Below the pieces are notes generated by a model. The model was given only the letters and a program-made list of their open reading frames with translations. It searched no databases and was not told the origin of the DNA. The position numbers were made by a program, and so were the translations under genes. 64,000 nt of DNA from Isurus oxyrinchus (Eukaryota), in NCBI GenBank assembly GCA_026770705.1, contig JANJGN010000010.1, forward strand, positions 39,742,001 to 39,806,000, written 5' to 3'. Shown here in pieces: positions 1-13,550 of the stretch (its first letter is position 1; each line of letters begins with the position of its first letter).

Positions 1-58
1 TTTCCCACTTCTGGGTGTACAGGATCTGCTGTAACTTCTGTTACCTTTGGCATTGACA
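1..58 (-). CDS. Gene A exon 8 (5' part), probable further Ig domain, truncated by the window edge
   Basis: gtgcAG|TG TCA ATG CCA AAG gives (V)SMPKVTEVTADPVHPEVGK. Phase 1, and the same xPKV start as exons 6 and 7. Confidence 0.65.
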
Positions 59-489
59 CTGCACACAATCAACATAAACAGTGTTAATAAGACTGCATAA
101 CTGAAAGAACACCAAAATATTTTAAAAAGACTAGTGCATCTTGACAAATTGTCAAACATCAATTTCTTCAATAAAAAGTATCCTTTTTCTCTGCCGCTGT
201 TTTTCCTCGCACCCTGTTACAGGCCACAATTGCTCCCATATCTCTCGGAAATTTCCACTCACTGTCTGTGAGATTGAACATTGAATACTCGGAGGCTATT
301 CAAGCCTAGCCTTGCATTCAACAGGGAATCATTAGAAAGTGATAATTCATCAAGTCCATGGAAGCGGGGGTGGGGGTTTTGGGGGGGGGGGTGGCCCAAG
401 GCAGATTGTAGCACTCCACCAATACCTCAGCTGGGATCAGATAACTCAGGGATTGGACTTGTAACCTTACAGTTTTAAATCACTAGTTA

Positions 490-880
490 AGCCCCAGTTG
501 GAGTATTGCATTCAATTCTGGGCACCATACAGTGGGAAGGATGTTTAGGGGCACGGGCGAGATTTACCATAGTGGCACCAGGGATTGAGAGGTTTCCATT
601 ATGTGGAGGGGCTGGAGAAGCTGCAACTGTTCTGCTCAGAACACAGAAGGTTAAGAAAGGATTTGACAAAAGGTGTTTACAGTCATGAGCTGCCTTAGGG
701 TGTCGTGGAGGCAGAATCAATCGTGGCTTTCAAAAATGAATTGAAAAATTATCTGAAGATAAAAAAAATTGGAGGACTAATGGAAAAGATGGGGGAGTGA
801 GAATAGCTGAGTTGCCCCAGCAGAAACCGGCACAGACATGACAGGCTGAATGGCCTCCCTGCTGGAGCCATTCTATGGTT
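490..880 (+). mobile_element. CR1 (HER1-like) LINE 3' fragment
   Basis: TTGGAGTATTGCATTCAATTCTGG and the GGCTGAATGGCCTCC tail shared with other copies in the window. Confidence 0.6.
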
Positions 881-1595
881 CTACTTCTCAGTTGTTCAGG
901 CCGAAGTTGGGTGACATGTTCTCCCAATGGGCTAACAGAGAGCTGCAAACAATCCTTTCCAACACCATTCACCTTGGTTCACTTGTACTACCTTTTGCCT
1001 CTGAAGAAGGCCTAGTTTCTACTGCTGCTCCAGGACTTGAAGTAATTTGCAGTGTTAGGTCAGCACAATACAAAAACAGTACTGCAGCACTGAAAGCAGC
1101 TGGATCCACCTCTTCAGGTGGACATAAAAGATCTCATTGAACTTTTTCCAAGAGTAAGGGATTCTCCTGGGCTAGCCAACATTTCACCCTCAAACAAACT
1201 CAGCAAAAAAACAAATTAACAGGTTGTTCCTCACATCGTTGTTGGTGGGACACTGCTTTGTACAAATTGCCCTGTTTGCCTACAAAACCACAGACAACAT
1301 TCCAAAAAGAATTCATTAACATCATGGAATCGTCCCAGATTTCCACTAAGTGGGGTAAAAGGCAGGTAAAATGTCAATTTACCTGCCATTGTGGCTGGTG
1401 GGTTTTCACGCCATATCTTCCCAAACTTGCCACACTATTGACGCATTCCCGGGAAACACGTAGTTTCCATGGCAGGAAAGCTCTCATTCACCCACCTGCC
1501 ATCACCTCGCCACTTTGTCACGCCAGGAGTCATATTTAAAGTCCAGCCATGCGCACACATCTCAGTGCTTCCAGCCCATGACTGCTGCAGAGAAG

Positions 1596-3145
1596 ATGTC
1601 CCCGAGCCCCCAGGTTTAGCGGTGTTTCACTGGAATGCCTTTTGAATGCTGTGGAGTCCCACCAGGATGTCCTCTAACCCTGCTCTGTCCGCAAGATGGG
1701 CAGCAGAGTGATCTACCTGGTTGGGAGGCGGTGGCAGTAATGCTCAGCTTTCAAAAGAGGATAAACATTCAGTGCCTCAAGAGGGTGAATGATCTCCTTG
1801 GTTCTGCCAGGGTAAGTCACTCTTTTCATCACTCTCAACTCACACACACACAAATCCATCTCACATCCACAGGGATCTCACTCACTGATAGTTCAAGGGA
1901 CATCACCATTCAATCTCTCGCACTCACCGTCATTGTCCTCATCCCATCCATGGGACCACTCACCACCCACACTGGCATACTTATCATCTGGCCTGACAAG
2001 CATTCTGCTTACACTTTCTCCATCTCTATTCATGCAGGACAAGCTGACACACAACAACGAGTGGTGGCAGACCGATGGGGGACTGCCTGAAAGCAAGATC
2101 CTCATGAACTTTGAAAACTACCATCCAGTTGGTCGGTGAGGATCTGGACCAGCCCTGTGCTGACGGAGAGATCAGCGCTGCTCTACCAAGTGATGATCCT
2201 GCAGTGCAACATCCATCAGACAACCATGTGAGTGATGTTCCCTGTTTCACAGGCCACTGACATGCACTAATCTCCTTGCTTTCGCAGGCACATCTGGGAA
2301 ACAGCTGATGGAGTCCATAACCCAGGGCTTCCAGTCAAGCCATGAAGAAACCTCTGATGAGGAATCTGGAGGCACCCTCCTTGAAGTCCCATCACAGCGC
2401 TCACCTACACCCTCCACCAGCATAGAGACATACGCCTCAATGGGCCCCAGCTTTAGAATAGCCTCAGGATCACAAACTGGGGAGCACATCACGATGTCTG
2501 ATCCACAGCAGGGACTTCCCAGGTCCTTGGCACTCAGAGGACTGCTGGAGGCCAGAAATTTGCTGAGTCCAAGTCAGATGATGAGCCTTTGGACTCAATC
2601 ATATCTCAGTTGCTGCAGCTGCAAAGGCAAGCGAGGGAACATCAGGAAGGGATGTCCATTGCACTCCTCAGATTGCAAGGCATGATGGAGAAGTCCATCT
2701 GCCTGCATTCTGAGGTGATAGCGCCGGAATTGCAATGCACCAGGGTCAACAGTTATAGGAAGGTGGCCTCCATGGAGGCCTTGGTCCAGGACATTACTTC
2801 TACACTGCTGCACGGGCTCAACACCATCACTGATGCCATATTTGGCCTCCAACAGTCTGTACGCAAGAGGGGTGGCAGGCAGCTTGATCTCACTCCAGCT
2901 ATCTCTGCTCCTCAAGGGGGCAGCCGGGGCCCTCGGGCACCCATAGGGAAGAGAACCAGCAGGTGCACACCCCTGGGCCAACCATCCAGGTGACTCTGAG
3001 AGTGTCCATCCCATCCTACTCCCCTCTTCCTGTGTCCTCAGCAGCTCCAGCTCCACAGGCCGAGGAGGGTGCCACTGCCACACAGCAGGACCCTGAAAGC
3101 AAGCTGGGGCCTTCCAAGTCTTGGCCCTCCAGAGGACAGGGTTAA
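1596..3145 (+). pseudogene. Harbinger Myb/SANT-like DNA-binding protein, 3 exons, decayed
   Basis: PRAPRFSGVSLECLLNAVESHQDVL*..GWEAVAV..QCLKRVNDLLGSAR|gtaagt; exon 2 DKLTHNNEWWQTDGGLPE; contains stops and frameshifts. Confidence 0.75.
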
Positions 3146-3950
3146 GAAAAATTAGCTGTTCCGCCTGGACATAGGTGTTAATCACTTGTACATACTGTTC
3201 ACTATTGTCAGTGAACTCCCAAGAATGTCTCCCTGCCTATGGCTCCTTGTTCTGTTGAGCAGTGTTCTTGTCACTCAGATATGAAACCTTTCTGCACAAG
3301 ATAAAGGCAGGTGTCTCAGTCCAGGGCCTTTTCCCTGTGCTCTGTGCACCTTCAGACCAAAGTGTTCGTATGGCCTCACACTCCCTGGACACATTACTGA
3401 TGCCAGCACCCCGACGGTGCTGGTCATTGCTGCCAGAATGTAGTGGGCAGGCGCCACCGAGCTCCATCATTCTCTCTGTGCGCTAAAAACCTTCAAGGTG
3501 GGGCTGGCCCCCATCTCTTCAGTATCTGTGACCAGTGACGCTGTACTCCTGAAGGGGTCAGGTGCTGAAGGCACCTGACGAAGGGTAAGAAGCTTCTAAA
3601 GTTTCATGGCTGCGTCTTTATAATATGACCCTGATCATGGAGCGCAAACGAGCTGCCCTCGGCCAGACAGGAGTCAGACATTCTCAGGGGCTACATGAAG
3701 ATCTATGGAGTGTCCTCACTGCATGTCGTCATCATCCTCCTGCAATCGAGCAGCTTCGAGCAGCTATTAGGGCCTCCACTGTGTCTCCATGAAAGGAGCA
3801 TTCTTATCGAGGATATTCGCACTGCCATAAGCCAGACTGGAGTCAAACGTTCCTAGATGCAATGTGAGGATCTATGGGGTCACCTCACTGCATGTCGTCA
3901 TCACCCTCCTCAAATCGAGCAACTATGAGGGTCTCCTAAGTCCACTTGCC

Positions 3951-4877
3951 TCATCTAGCCAGTGCGAGGGCCTCATCTCCATCATCATCGCCTTCGAGCA
4001 CCCCCTCACCCTCATCCCCATCGGCTTTCTCCTCATCGGAGGAAGCCTCCAGCTTCCCCATCTCCTCTCCAGCCAGCTCGTCTTTCCATTGCAGCACCAG
4101 GTTGTAAAGGGCGCAGCAGACAACGACGATGCAATGCACACTCTGTTGACTGTATTGCAGGGCTCCACCAGAATGCTCCAGGCACCTGAACCACATCTTC
4201 AGCATCCCGATGGTCTGCTCCACCAAGTTGTGAACTGCAGCATGAGCCTCATTATAGTGTCGCTCTGCTGCAGTCTGAGGCCGCTGCACAGGTGTCATCA
4301 GCCACGGCCTCCGCAGGTAGCCTTTGTCCCTAAGAAGCCATCCCTGCAGCTTCCGTGGACCCTGGAAGACTTCAGGGATCTGTGACCGACTGAGGATGTA
4401 GGCGTTGTGCATATTCCCTGGAAACCATGCGCTGACCTGCAGGTTGCGTTTCCGGTGGTCGCACACCAGTTGCACATTCAGTGAGTGGAACCAATTGTGG
4501 TTGATGTAGTTCACCGCTTGTTGTGATGGAGATCTGAGTTCTACCTGAGTGCAGTTGATCGCACCTGGAACCTGTGGGAAACCCAAGATCTGGGTGAATC
4601 CAATCGCTCTTGCATCCTGGATGTCCTGGTTCCGGACAAAATGCACAAAGTTGTGTGCCCTTGTGAAGATGGCATCCGTGACCTCATGGATGTATTTGTG
4701 GGTGGCGGATTGTGAAATCCCACAGGGGTCACCTGTGGAGCCCTGAAAGGAGCCATTGCCATAAAAATTGAGCACCGCTGTCACTTTCACAGCCACTGGC
4801 AGTGGATGCCCTCCATGTCCCTGTGGCGCCAAATCCTGCAGTAAGTGGCAGATGTGACCGACCAGGTCCCTAGACAT
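3951..4877 (-). pseudogene. Harbinger (HARBI1-like) DDE transposase, probably inactive
   Basis: GISQS, GFPQVPGAINCTQV (GAID changed to GAIN), SLNVQLVCD, WLLRDKGY..LMTP, YNEAH..VEQTIGMLK..FRCL, acidic tail. Confidence 0.88.
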
Positions 4878-7179
4878 GCGCAGTCTTCAGTGATTCTGGT
4901 TCTCGGTCATTTGCAGGAATGAAACGTGGCCTCTATGGACACTGGGTGTCACTCGGCACTGACCAGTGACAGCTCTCTGGGGCTCTTTGGCAGCCGGGCT
5001 CCTCCGTCACTTTCTCCTCTGTCATCTTTGCTCTCTGTAGGCCAGCCGGGATACAGCTGGTTCACCAGAGCATACTAAAAACCTGTCCTGGTTAAGTGTG
5101 ATGGCCCCTTAACGCTTCCCAGAGAGTGTTGGCCATCATCTGGATGGCCAGAGGTCAGTGTGCCACATGGCTGCCTGAAACCCCACCCAACTCTGCCCCA
5201 ATCCACCTGACCAACTGGTGGCAGCTTTGCCCATTGGACTGCAACCTGCGCTTTCAGCCCAGGCATTCTCCTAACCTGCACTGCAAGGCTGCACTGTTAG
5301 CTTCAACCATCGAGGAGACTGGTCCAAACCGGGATGCTGACATTACAAGGGGCTGCGACGCCTCCACCAGTGACTGCTCCATGGCCAGCTTTAGCAAGGA
5401 GATTGTACAATGTGTGCAGTCATCCAACTGTTCTGCAGTCCACTAAAATGATTATGATTTTGCAGTCTGTGCCGGGTTGGGGGGGCGGGGGGGGGGGGGG
5501 GGGGGGGGGCGGGGTACAAACCTCTGGAGCACTTGGTGAGTTTAACACCTCTGAGTTGCTCAAGTAAGCACATAAGCTAGAAACCCAACTCCAATCATAT
5601 CAATGTGGCTGCACCTGAACTATCTCAGCTGCTGAGATTACCTTATACAAGTTTCCCTAAGGAGTGGCTGCTTCCCTCGCCCACCCTACCCCCACCCCGA
5701 ATGCTTGTGCGCTATATTCAATGACAGGGTTGCCCTTGTGCTACCCCCATGTCGCCTCAACCGCAAGGAAGCCCTTGCTGCCGCCCCACCCCCACAAGTC
5801 ACCTCAACAGCAGGGCTGCCCTTTACATCCCCTCCAACACTCCTCAAGCTTGAATTCTAACAGGCGACCCTGGTGAGCGCTGCACATTGTTGTTGTGTGC
5901 TCAGCTCCGAGTTCCCCTCAAAGTGCAGCCCACCTAGTGCACACCTTTTATGTGCTGTTGTGAAACACAGCAGCGTGCTTTCCTGCCGATGTGGATAGAA
6001 GATCCAGCAGGGGGCTGATTCCAGCGGGCTGGCCTAATAATGAGATGCTGATTGCTGATGTATTAAAAATGAGGTTCCTGACATCCGATGGTGGGAAACG
6101 CGGCCCCTGTTACTGGGCTGAGCAGACAATCGCGCCATATTGTCCACTCACTCCATGAAACACGCCCGATGCCAGCAAACAGGGAAAATCCTAGCCCTAG
6201 TGTTTATGGACTTAATTGGGATATGAGGGGCAAGATTTAAATGCAAGTTCTTTCTTTGTTACAATTGTTCGCAGTTATTCCAAGCTTTCGTATTATTATT
6301 TTCCTGAACAAAAAAGAAAAGAATGCAGGTGGAATATATTTCATGGACAGAGAAAAGATCAACTCAGATTTTCTCAGTTTGCTAAAATATAGAAAAAAAA
6401 TAACCAAGTTGAAATAGAAATCTTGACCCAAGATTTGGGTTTCTTTACTTCCCTTGTCTCTAACCAAATCACTCTAGGTCTGGGCCTTCACATGGACCTT
6501 TTCTAATGCAGGAACAGACCAGCAGAATTGTCAGTCATCAACTTAAATCTGCATATGAATCTCAGCTTGTTAACGTTTTCTCATTTACAAATATTCACCA
6601 TTTTTGCATTTTTAAATCAAATCAGAAAATTTAAATACCCAACTCAAGTATTCCCCAGATTGTGCTGTTGATAACATGATGAGACGAATGACACATGCCA
6701 CTATTTATATACAAATTGCACAACATCAGGCAGTGGAAGGGGGTGGGGGGGAGGGCGCGGCGGTGGTAGATGTGGGGTTAAACAGTTTAAAAATGAAATG
6801 TCCCAAGGCACATCAGAAGAGCATTATGAAATAAAGCATCTCACTGAGCCGCGAAAGATGATATTAGGTCAGGTGACCAAAAGCATGGTCAAAGAGGTAG
6901 ATTTTAATGAGGAAGAAAGCAAGGGACAGAGGCGTTGAGGTATATTCCAGAGCAGGGTATTCCAGAGTTTGAGGCCAAGGAAACTGTAGGTGTGGCCACC
7001 AATGCTGATGTATTTAAAACTCGGGATGAATAGGAGACTAAAATTAGAGGAGCACAGATATCTCTGAGGGTTGTGGTGACGGAGGAGAATACTGAAATAG
7101 AGATGGGCGAGGCCATGGACGGATGTGAAAACAAGGATAAGTCCTGAACCAGCAACAGGATAGACCCACCAGACGTGAC

Positions 7180-10100
7180 AAGGATTTGCCCTGGGAGTCT
7201 TCTACTTCAATTCCAGACCCCATGAAGTCTCATGATAATAGATCAGACAGAGGCAAGGAAACCTCCTGCTCATTACCACCTACCACCCTCCCTCAGCTGA
7301 TGAATCAATACTCCACTATATTGAACACCACTTGTAAAAAACACTGAGTGTAGCAAGGGCACAAGATATAGTTTGGGTGGGGGACTACAATGTTCACAAC
7401 TAAGAACAGCTTGGTAGCATTACTGAACAAGCTGGCACAGTCCTGAAGAACGTAACTACTAGACTGGGCCATCAGAAGGTGGTGAGCAATCTAGAAAGAA
7501 GGAAAAGTCTTCTTGAACTCATCTCCAACAATCTGTTGCACCAGTCATTCTCATATTGTTAGGAGTGAAGCCCAGTTTTCACCAAGGTCACCTTCTATCA
7601 TGTTACATGATACTAACAGCATAGTAAATGGGATAAATTTAGTACCAATCTAGCAACTCCAAACTGAGCATCCACGAGGTGCTGTATTCCACCACAGTCA
7701 GTAACCTCATGGCTGTGCATATCCTTTACACTATTATTACCAATAACCCAGGTGATCAACCCCAATACGATAGGGAGTATGGAGGAGCATAGAGGTGTCA
7801 ACCTAGTGAGTTACAACAAAGGACAACATTCACGTGGAACTGACAAAGCAGATACTTTATATATAGCTGAGCAATTCCACTACCAATGGATCAGATCAAA
7901 AGCTCTGCAAACCTGCCACATGCAGTCATGAATGATGCTATCCAATTAAACAATTAATGGGAGGAGAAGGCTCCATTTATCTCCCTGTCCTCATTGATGA
8001 CAGTCCAGCATGTGAGTGCAAAATAACATTAGGCTGAAGGTTTCACACCCATCTTCAGCAAGAAGAACCAAGTGGATGATTCATCGCTGCCTCCTCCCAA
8101 GATCCTCACCATAACAGAAGTCAATCTTTAGCCAAATTGACTACCTCTGAGCTTTAATCACAAAATCACTGATTGCACCGGATACAGCAAGGACCATGGG
8201 CCCTGACAACATCCTGGTTGTAGTACTGAAGACATGTGCTTTAGAACTAGCTGCACTCTAGCCAAACTGTTCCAGTACAGTTACAAAACTGGCATCCACC
8301 TGGCAATGTGGAAAATTGCCCAGGCATGTCTTAACCACAAAAACCAGGATAAATGCAATCTGACCAATTTCTGCCCCATAAGCCTCCTCGCAATCATCAG
8401 CAAAGTGTTGAAAGAGATCGTTGACACTGTTATCAAGCAGCACTTACACAGCAATAACTAGCTCACTGATGCTCAGTTTGGGGTTTGCCAGGCCCACTTG
8501 GCTCCTGACCTCATTACAGCCTTGTTCCAAACATGGACAATAGAGCTGAACTCAAGAGGGAAGGAAAAAGTAACCGCCCTTGATATCAAGGCAGAAATTG
8601 ACCAAATGATCCTTGGCAAATCTGAAGTCAATGGGAATCAGGGGAAAAACTCTCTGAGGGTTGGAGTCATACCTAGTACAAAAGAAGATGGTTCTGCTTG
8701 TTGGAGGCCAACCATCTCAGTCCCAGGACATCGCTGCAGGAGGTCCTCAAGGTAGTGTCCTAGGCCCAACCATCATCAAGTGTTTCCCTCAATAATATGG
8801 TCCAAAGTGGTGATATTTTCTGATGATTGCATAGTGTTAAGTACCATTCCATCACATTCCTGATTTGTGCCTTGCAGATCAAGTCAGGATGTGAGTCATT
8901 CACCTCATAATTCCCAGTCTCTGACCTGCTTTTTAAGTATTCACTCCCTCAACTACCAGTTTGGCAGTTGACAGCAGTATGTACCATCTACAAGATGTAC
9001 TGCAGCAACTTACTAAGACTCCTTTAGAAAGGCACCAGGCACATAGGAACACTGCCACCTAAAATTTCCCCTCAGGATGATAAATGGTAAATAACATGCA
9101 GGCCACACAAGTGCTAGGCAATGACTATTTCCAACAAAAGAGAATCTACCCATCTCTCCTTGAGGTTCAATGGCATTACCATCACTGAGTCCCCCACTAT
9201 CAACATCCTGGGGGTTACCATTGACGAGAAACTGAACTGGACCAGCTGCATAAATATTGTGACTACAAGAGCAGGAGTTCAATATTCACTCCCTCCACCA
9301 CTAACACACAGTGGCAGTAGTGTGTACTATATACAAGATGCACCGCAGCAACTCACCAAGGCTCTTTCGACAACACTTTCCAAACCTCCTACCTCTGCCA
9401 CCCAGAACAAGGGCGGCAGATGCATGGGAACACCACTATCTGCAGTTCACCTCCAAGCAAAGTACCGTTCTGATTTGGAATTATATCGCCGTTCCTTCAC
9501 TGTTGCTAGGTCAAAATACCGGAACTCCCTCACTAACAGCAATGGGGGTGTAACTGCACTAGATGGATTGAAGCAGTTCAAGGGCAGTTAGGGATATCCA
9601 ACAAATGCTGGCCTTGCCAGCATCACTCACATCCCATGAAAGAGCAAAAAAAAAATCCCAACCTCAGGCTAGTGTCCTAAGCCCAACTATCTTCAGCTGC
9701 TTCATCAATGAACTGCTCACCTTTATAAGGCCATAAGCGGAGATATTTGCTGATGATTGTCCCATATTTAGTTCCATTTGCAACTTGTCAGATAATGAAG
9801 CATTATCTGTTCACATGCAGTAAGACACGAGAACAACATTCAGGCTTGGGTTGATAAATGACAAGTTACATTCAGACCACACATGTGCCAGACAATAGCC
9901 ATCTTTAATGACAGAAAGTGTCTAATCACCTCCCCTTAACATTCAATGGCATCATCATCACTGAATCCCCCATGATCAATATCCTGGGGTCACCATTGAC
10001 CAGAAATGTAACTGGACCAGCTTCATAAATATTGTGGCGACAAGAACAGGTTAGAGATTAGGTACAAAGCAGCAAACATCCAGCATCAGATGGCATTAGT

Positions 10101-10620
10101 GATGGAATACTCTCCACTTGCCAGGATAAGTGCAGATCCAACAAAGCTCCAGGAATTCAACACCATCCAAGACAAAACAGTCCACTTGTTTGACATATTA
10201 TCCGCCATTTTAAATATTCACTCCCTCAACTACCAGCGCAGTTGTTGACAGTGTGTGCCATCTGCAAGATGCACTGCAGTAACTCAACAAGATTCCTTCA
10301 AAAGCACCTTCCATTAAACCAGCAACCTCTGCCACCTACAAGTAGAAAGGTAGCCGGCACATGGGAGCACCACCACCTACAATTTCCCCTCCATCCTGAC
10401 TTGAAAATATGCCACCATTCTTTTATTATTGCTTAAATATGGGTGAAGACGATCAGCGCACAGGTTAAAAATCTGGAACACTCTGCCCCCACAGCAAGGA
10501 GCACAAACTGCAGCAGTTCAACAATGTGGCTCGCCACCACCTTCTCAAGGGAAACTAGGGTTGGGACTTTGTGAACCTTGTTCAGTGACACCCACAGCCC
10601 ATGAACAAGTAAAAAATCTT
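7180..10620 (+). mobile_element. Fragmented CR1-clade LINE (endonuclease and RT remnants, several 3' ends)
   Basis: WKIAQ..HKNQDK..PISLL..ISKV; TALDIK; INILGVTIDEKLNW; repeated GGGCAGTTAGGGAT..AAATGCTGGCC tails. Confidence 0.8.
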
Positions 10621-10781
10621 CAATCTGGAATGCCAAGGAGATAGATAGCTGCATTCCCTGTGCAATCAGGCATCAGATACCCAGTTTCCTGCGCTATGAT
10701 GTCATCAGCTCACAGAAACTTGCCATATAAAACATGCAAAAATCTGAACATGCAAGAGAATTTCCAACTAACGCTATGAGA

Positions 10782-11833
10782 TGTTCGATTGCTGCAATTT
10801 TTGTCTTTTTTTTTGTCTAAATGTTTGGCAAAAATTAGTAATCATATGCTCTGGTCAGATAATGTGATGACCTTTGACCAGAAGCAGAACAGTAAGGAAA
10901 ATTTGTAAATTCTTTAAAAGGTCTGTGGAATCCAAAATTATTTTTAAGAATTTTTGAAAAGGACTTTGGCGAGTTCGCATCAGTTGTAAAGGAATTAACT
11001 ATAATTTTCTTGGATAAAAAAATACATGTCCATGTGACCTGGCCGCCCTTGACCTGGAAATAGTACAAACAGGAAGGAAGTTAAGTAAGAAGCAGTGTGG
11101 CTGGCAAGCACAAAGAAGATCTGCAAGCAGAGGTATTGGAGGGTGAAGGTGATCAGTGCACAGATGCAGGCACCAAGAAAAAGAAGACAGAGATAGTGAA
11201 AGGAAACACAGAATTCTTGTGTGGAGAAGAAGCAAATTATTCTCAAGGAGAGGTCAGTTTTTCTGTTTGGCAGAAAAGGAGACAGGGGCTCTTGGGAGGT
11301 GCTGTGTAAGCTGGCCAAAAGGGTCGAAAATCTGGAAAGTGATGCAAATAGCTTGGAGACACATAAGAGCTGGGTGGTTTCCCAGAAGTGGCCAAACTGA
11401 ACCAGGGTGTTTTTGGTTCATCAGCTGTAAAGGAACTCTGGAGAGCATCAGGATGGTGACCCAAAGGAGAGAGGGTTAGTAGAAGTGTGCTTGCTGGTGA
11501 GAATCATACCATGAAACTTGAAGGTGAAAGCTATTGTGGGATAGGACTCCTGACTTACCTTGCGTGAATAAAAAACAGCATACTGCAGAATTTGTGTATG
11601 AAGTGATGCATATGCTTGTGGTTGCGCAAGATCTATTTTTGTTGTAAATCTATCTAAAGTGAAATTTGATTTGAAGTATCATTTACCTGTTAATTCATGT
11701 TTAATTTGTGTTGGTTCTGATTCATGTTGAAGTGAAGGCTACAAAAAGTGGATTTTGGGAATTTTTTCCATTTCGGGGTCATTCAGTAAACTCAGTTATT
11801 TTGGTTTATGGTTTCCCCATGGGGATTGTAACA
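10782..11833 (+). mobile_element. Probable solo LTR (Gypsy-type)
   Basis: Ends ATTGTAACA; putative start TGTTCGATT; internal AATAAA. No clean TSD found, so the left boundary is uncertain. Confidence 0.5.
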
Positions 11834-11845
11834 ATGGTTACTTAC

Positions 11846-12157
11846 CCAGCTGATCGAGTACCCAGTCAACCTCCAATGGCTCCATTAGGCTTTTATGTTC
11901 TACTCGGCACATATATTTCTTCTTAACATCAGCTCTGGTAGGTGTACTCTTCACACTACTTGTCAAGTAACAGAGTCCATCACTTCCCACAGTTGGCTCA
12001 CATTCTTCAGGTTCTTCTATCATTTTTTCACCATTTTTGAACCATGTTACTGTGATATTATGGGGATAAAAAGAATGTATTTGACAGCTTAAAGTCATGG
12101 GCTCTCCTGCAACTAGTTTTTCTGCTCCATGTATTATCTTGTCCACTTTTGGAGGGG
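11846..12157 (-). CDS. Gene A exon 7, post-TM IgC1 domain
   Basis: tttcAG|CC...CTGG|GTAAGT, 312 nt. TLSCQIHSFYPHNITVTWFKNG..DGLCYLTS..YMCRVEHKSL. Confidence 0.92.
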
Positions 12158-12474
12158 CTGAAAAAGAAACATGTAAAACAAATTTACTTTAACAGTGGGA
12201 TGTTAGAGATATTGGAGTCTAGATTCTATCTAACCTGCAGTCAATGGCCAGAAAATTTAATCCACTGTGTTCTGAAAATTTGGAAATAGGACTCAAGTAT
12301 AAAATAAAAAGTTACACAATGACCTCAATTAGAGAAATATGGTGCTCAGGGCACTTCATTCTTCACAGGATTTTCCAAATAAAATCAGCAATTTTGTTGC
12401 ATTGTAAAAAACAGTGTCTGTAAACAAATTTAATTCATTGTTCTAAATAAGGAAATGTCAAAAATATTACATAC

Positions 12475-12855
12475 CTATAACATTCAGAGTTATTTCTTTC
12501 TGCTCTTCACTGTGAGTGCAGTCATGCTGTACCACACAAATGTACTTTGTACCTGTGTCTTGCAGTATATCTGGCCTAATAACTAGTACACTGGTGATAC
12601 CATATGATTTATCTTCATACTCAACTTCGCTTATTTGATGGTTACAGTTAGACTTCTTCCCGTTGTCAGAGGCAAAGGTTGTTCTGTTGTTATGATCCAA
12701 ACGAACAATTTCATTCAACTCATTATTCCTCCGTATTTGTTGCCATATGATTGTTAATGGTCTTGGTTTAAATCCATTAATTGAACAAGTCAAGGCCACA
12801 AGGTCATTATGATGGGTGTGAAGTGGCACCACAATGTTTGAAACCTTTGGTGGGA
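12475..12855 (-). CDS. Gene A exon 6, post-TM IgC1 domain
   Basis: caaAG|TC...ATAG|GTATGT, 381 nt. LTCSINGFKP..IIW..SYGITSVL..KYICVVQH. Confidence 0.9.
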
Positions 12856-13112
12856 CTTTGGGAAAGAGAAACAAAACAAATAAGTTGTTTATTTAAACCG
12901 AAAGAATTTTTCAGGTGTTAATAAGAGCAAGAAAATGTTATTTTCCAGGCTGAACCTTCTATTAATTTAGGGACTACAGATGACAGAACTGCATTACCAC
13001 AGTTAATCACATGTCACTTCATATTTACAAATACACAAGTTAAGAAAGGAAATATAGAATGGATTCAAGGAACATAAATAATAATGATTAAAATCAAATG
13101 CTCATGAGTTAC

Positions 13113-13550
13113 CTCCTTTAACATCCAATGTTATAGATTTCACAGCAGGTTTTGCAAGAGTTTTATGGTGAACGTGAAGAATTAATTCAGCCTCATCATC
13201 TCTGTCCACATCAGGAAATATTTTGGTTTCACAATGTAGTTTGTAAGTTCCATTTCTGTCCTTAGAAAGTTTTGGCTGCAAAGGCTCAAAGGACGTGTCT
13301 GCTTCACAACAGTTCATGAGAAGCTGCACCGTATCTGCATTTCCACTGGACGCCAAAGAACTTCTGTTCTTTGCGATATCCTCTGGGATACGCCATGTAC
13401 CAATTTGTGTTTTGTGTTGATCCCCTTTCCTCTTTAAGCTTAAAACAATATTAATTTTCTGAGGTCTAAATCTGTTAACTCTGAAATAGATGCTGGCTTC
13501 TTCGAAATGGCGAAGGTCGGAAAGTTTACTGCATTCAATTTCTGGAGGAA
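13113..13550 (-). CDS. Gene A exon 5, atypical post-TM C1-like Ig domain lacking the canonical cysteines
   Basis: gttAG|TT...GGAG|GTAACT, 438 nt open frame. VPP start, FRPQKI (FYP-like), DRNGTYKL, PD..DD and HVHHKTL (VxH) motifs; the B- and F-strand Cys positions are occupied by other residues. Confidence 0.85.

Larger units (their letters stand above)
1322..6197. mobile_element. PIF/Harbinger DNA transposon (degenerate), within intron 7 of gene A
   Basis: Convergent Myb-like and DDE genes. Right end GGAAAATCCTAGCCC; left terminus degraded and approximate. Confidence 0.8.
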
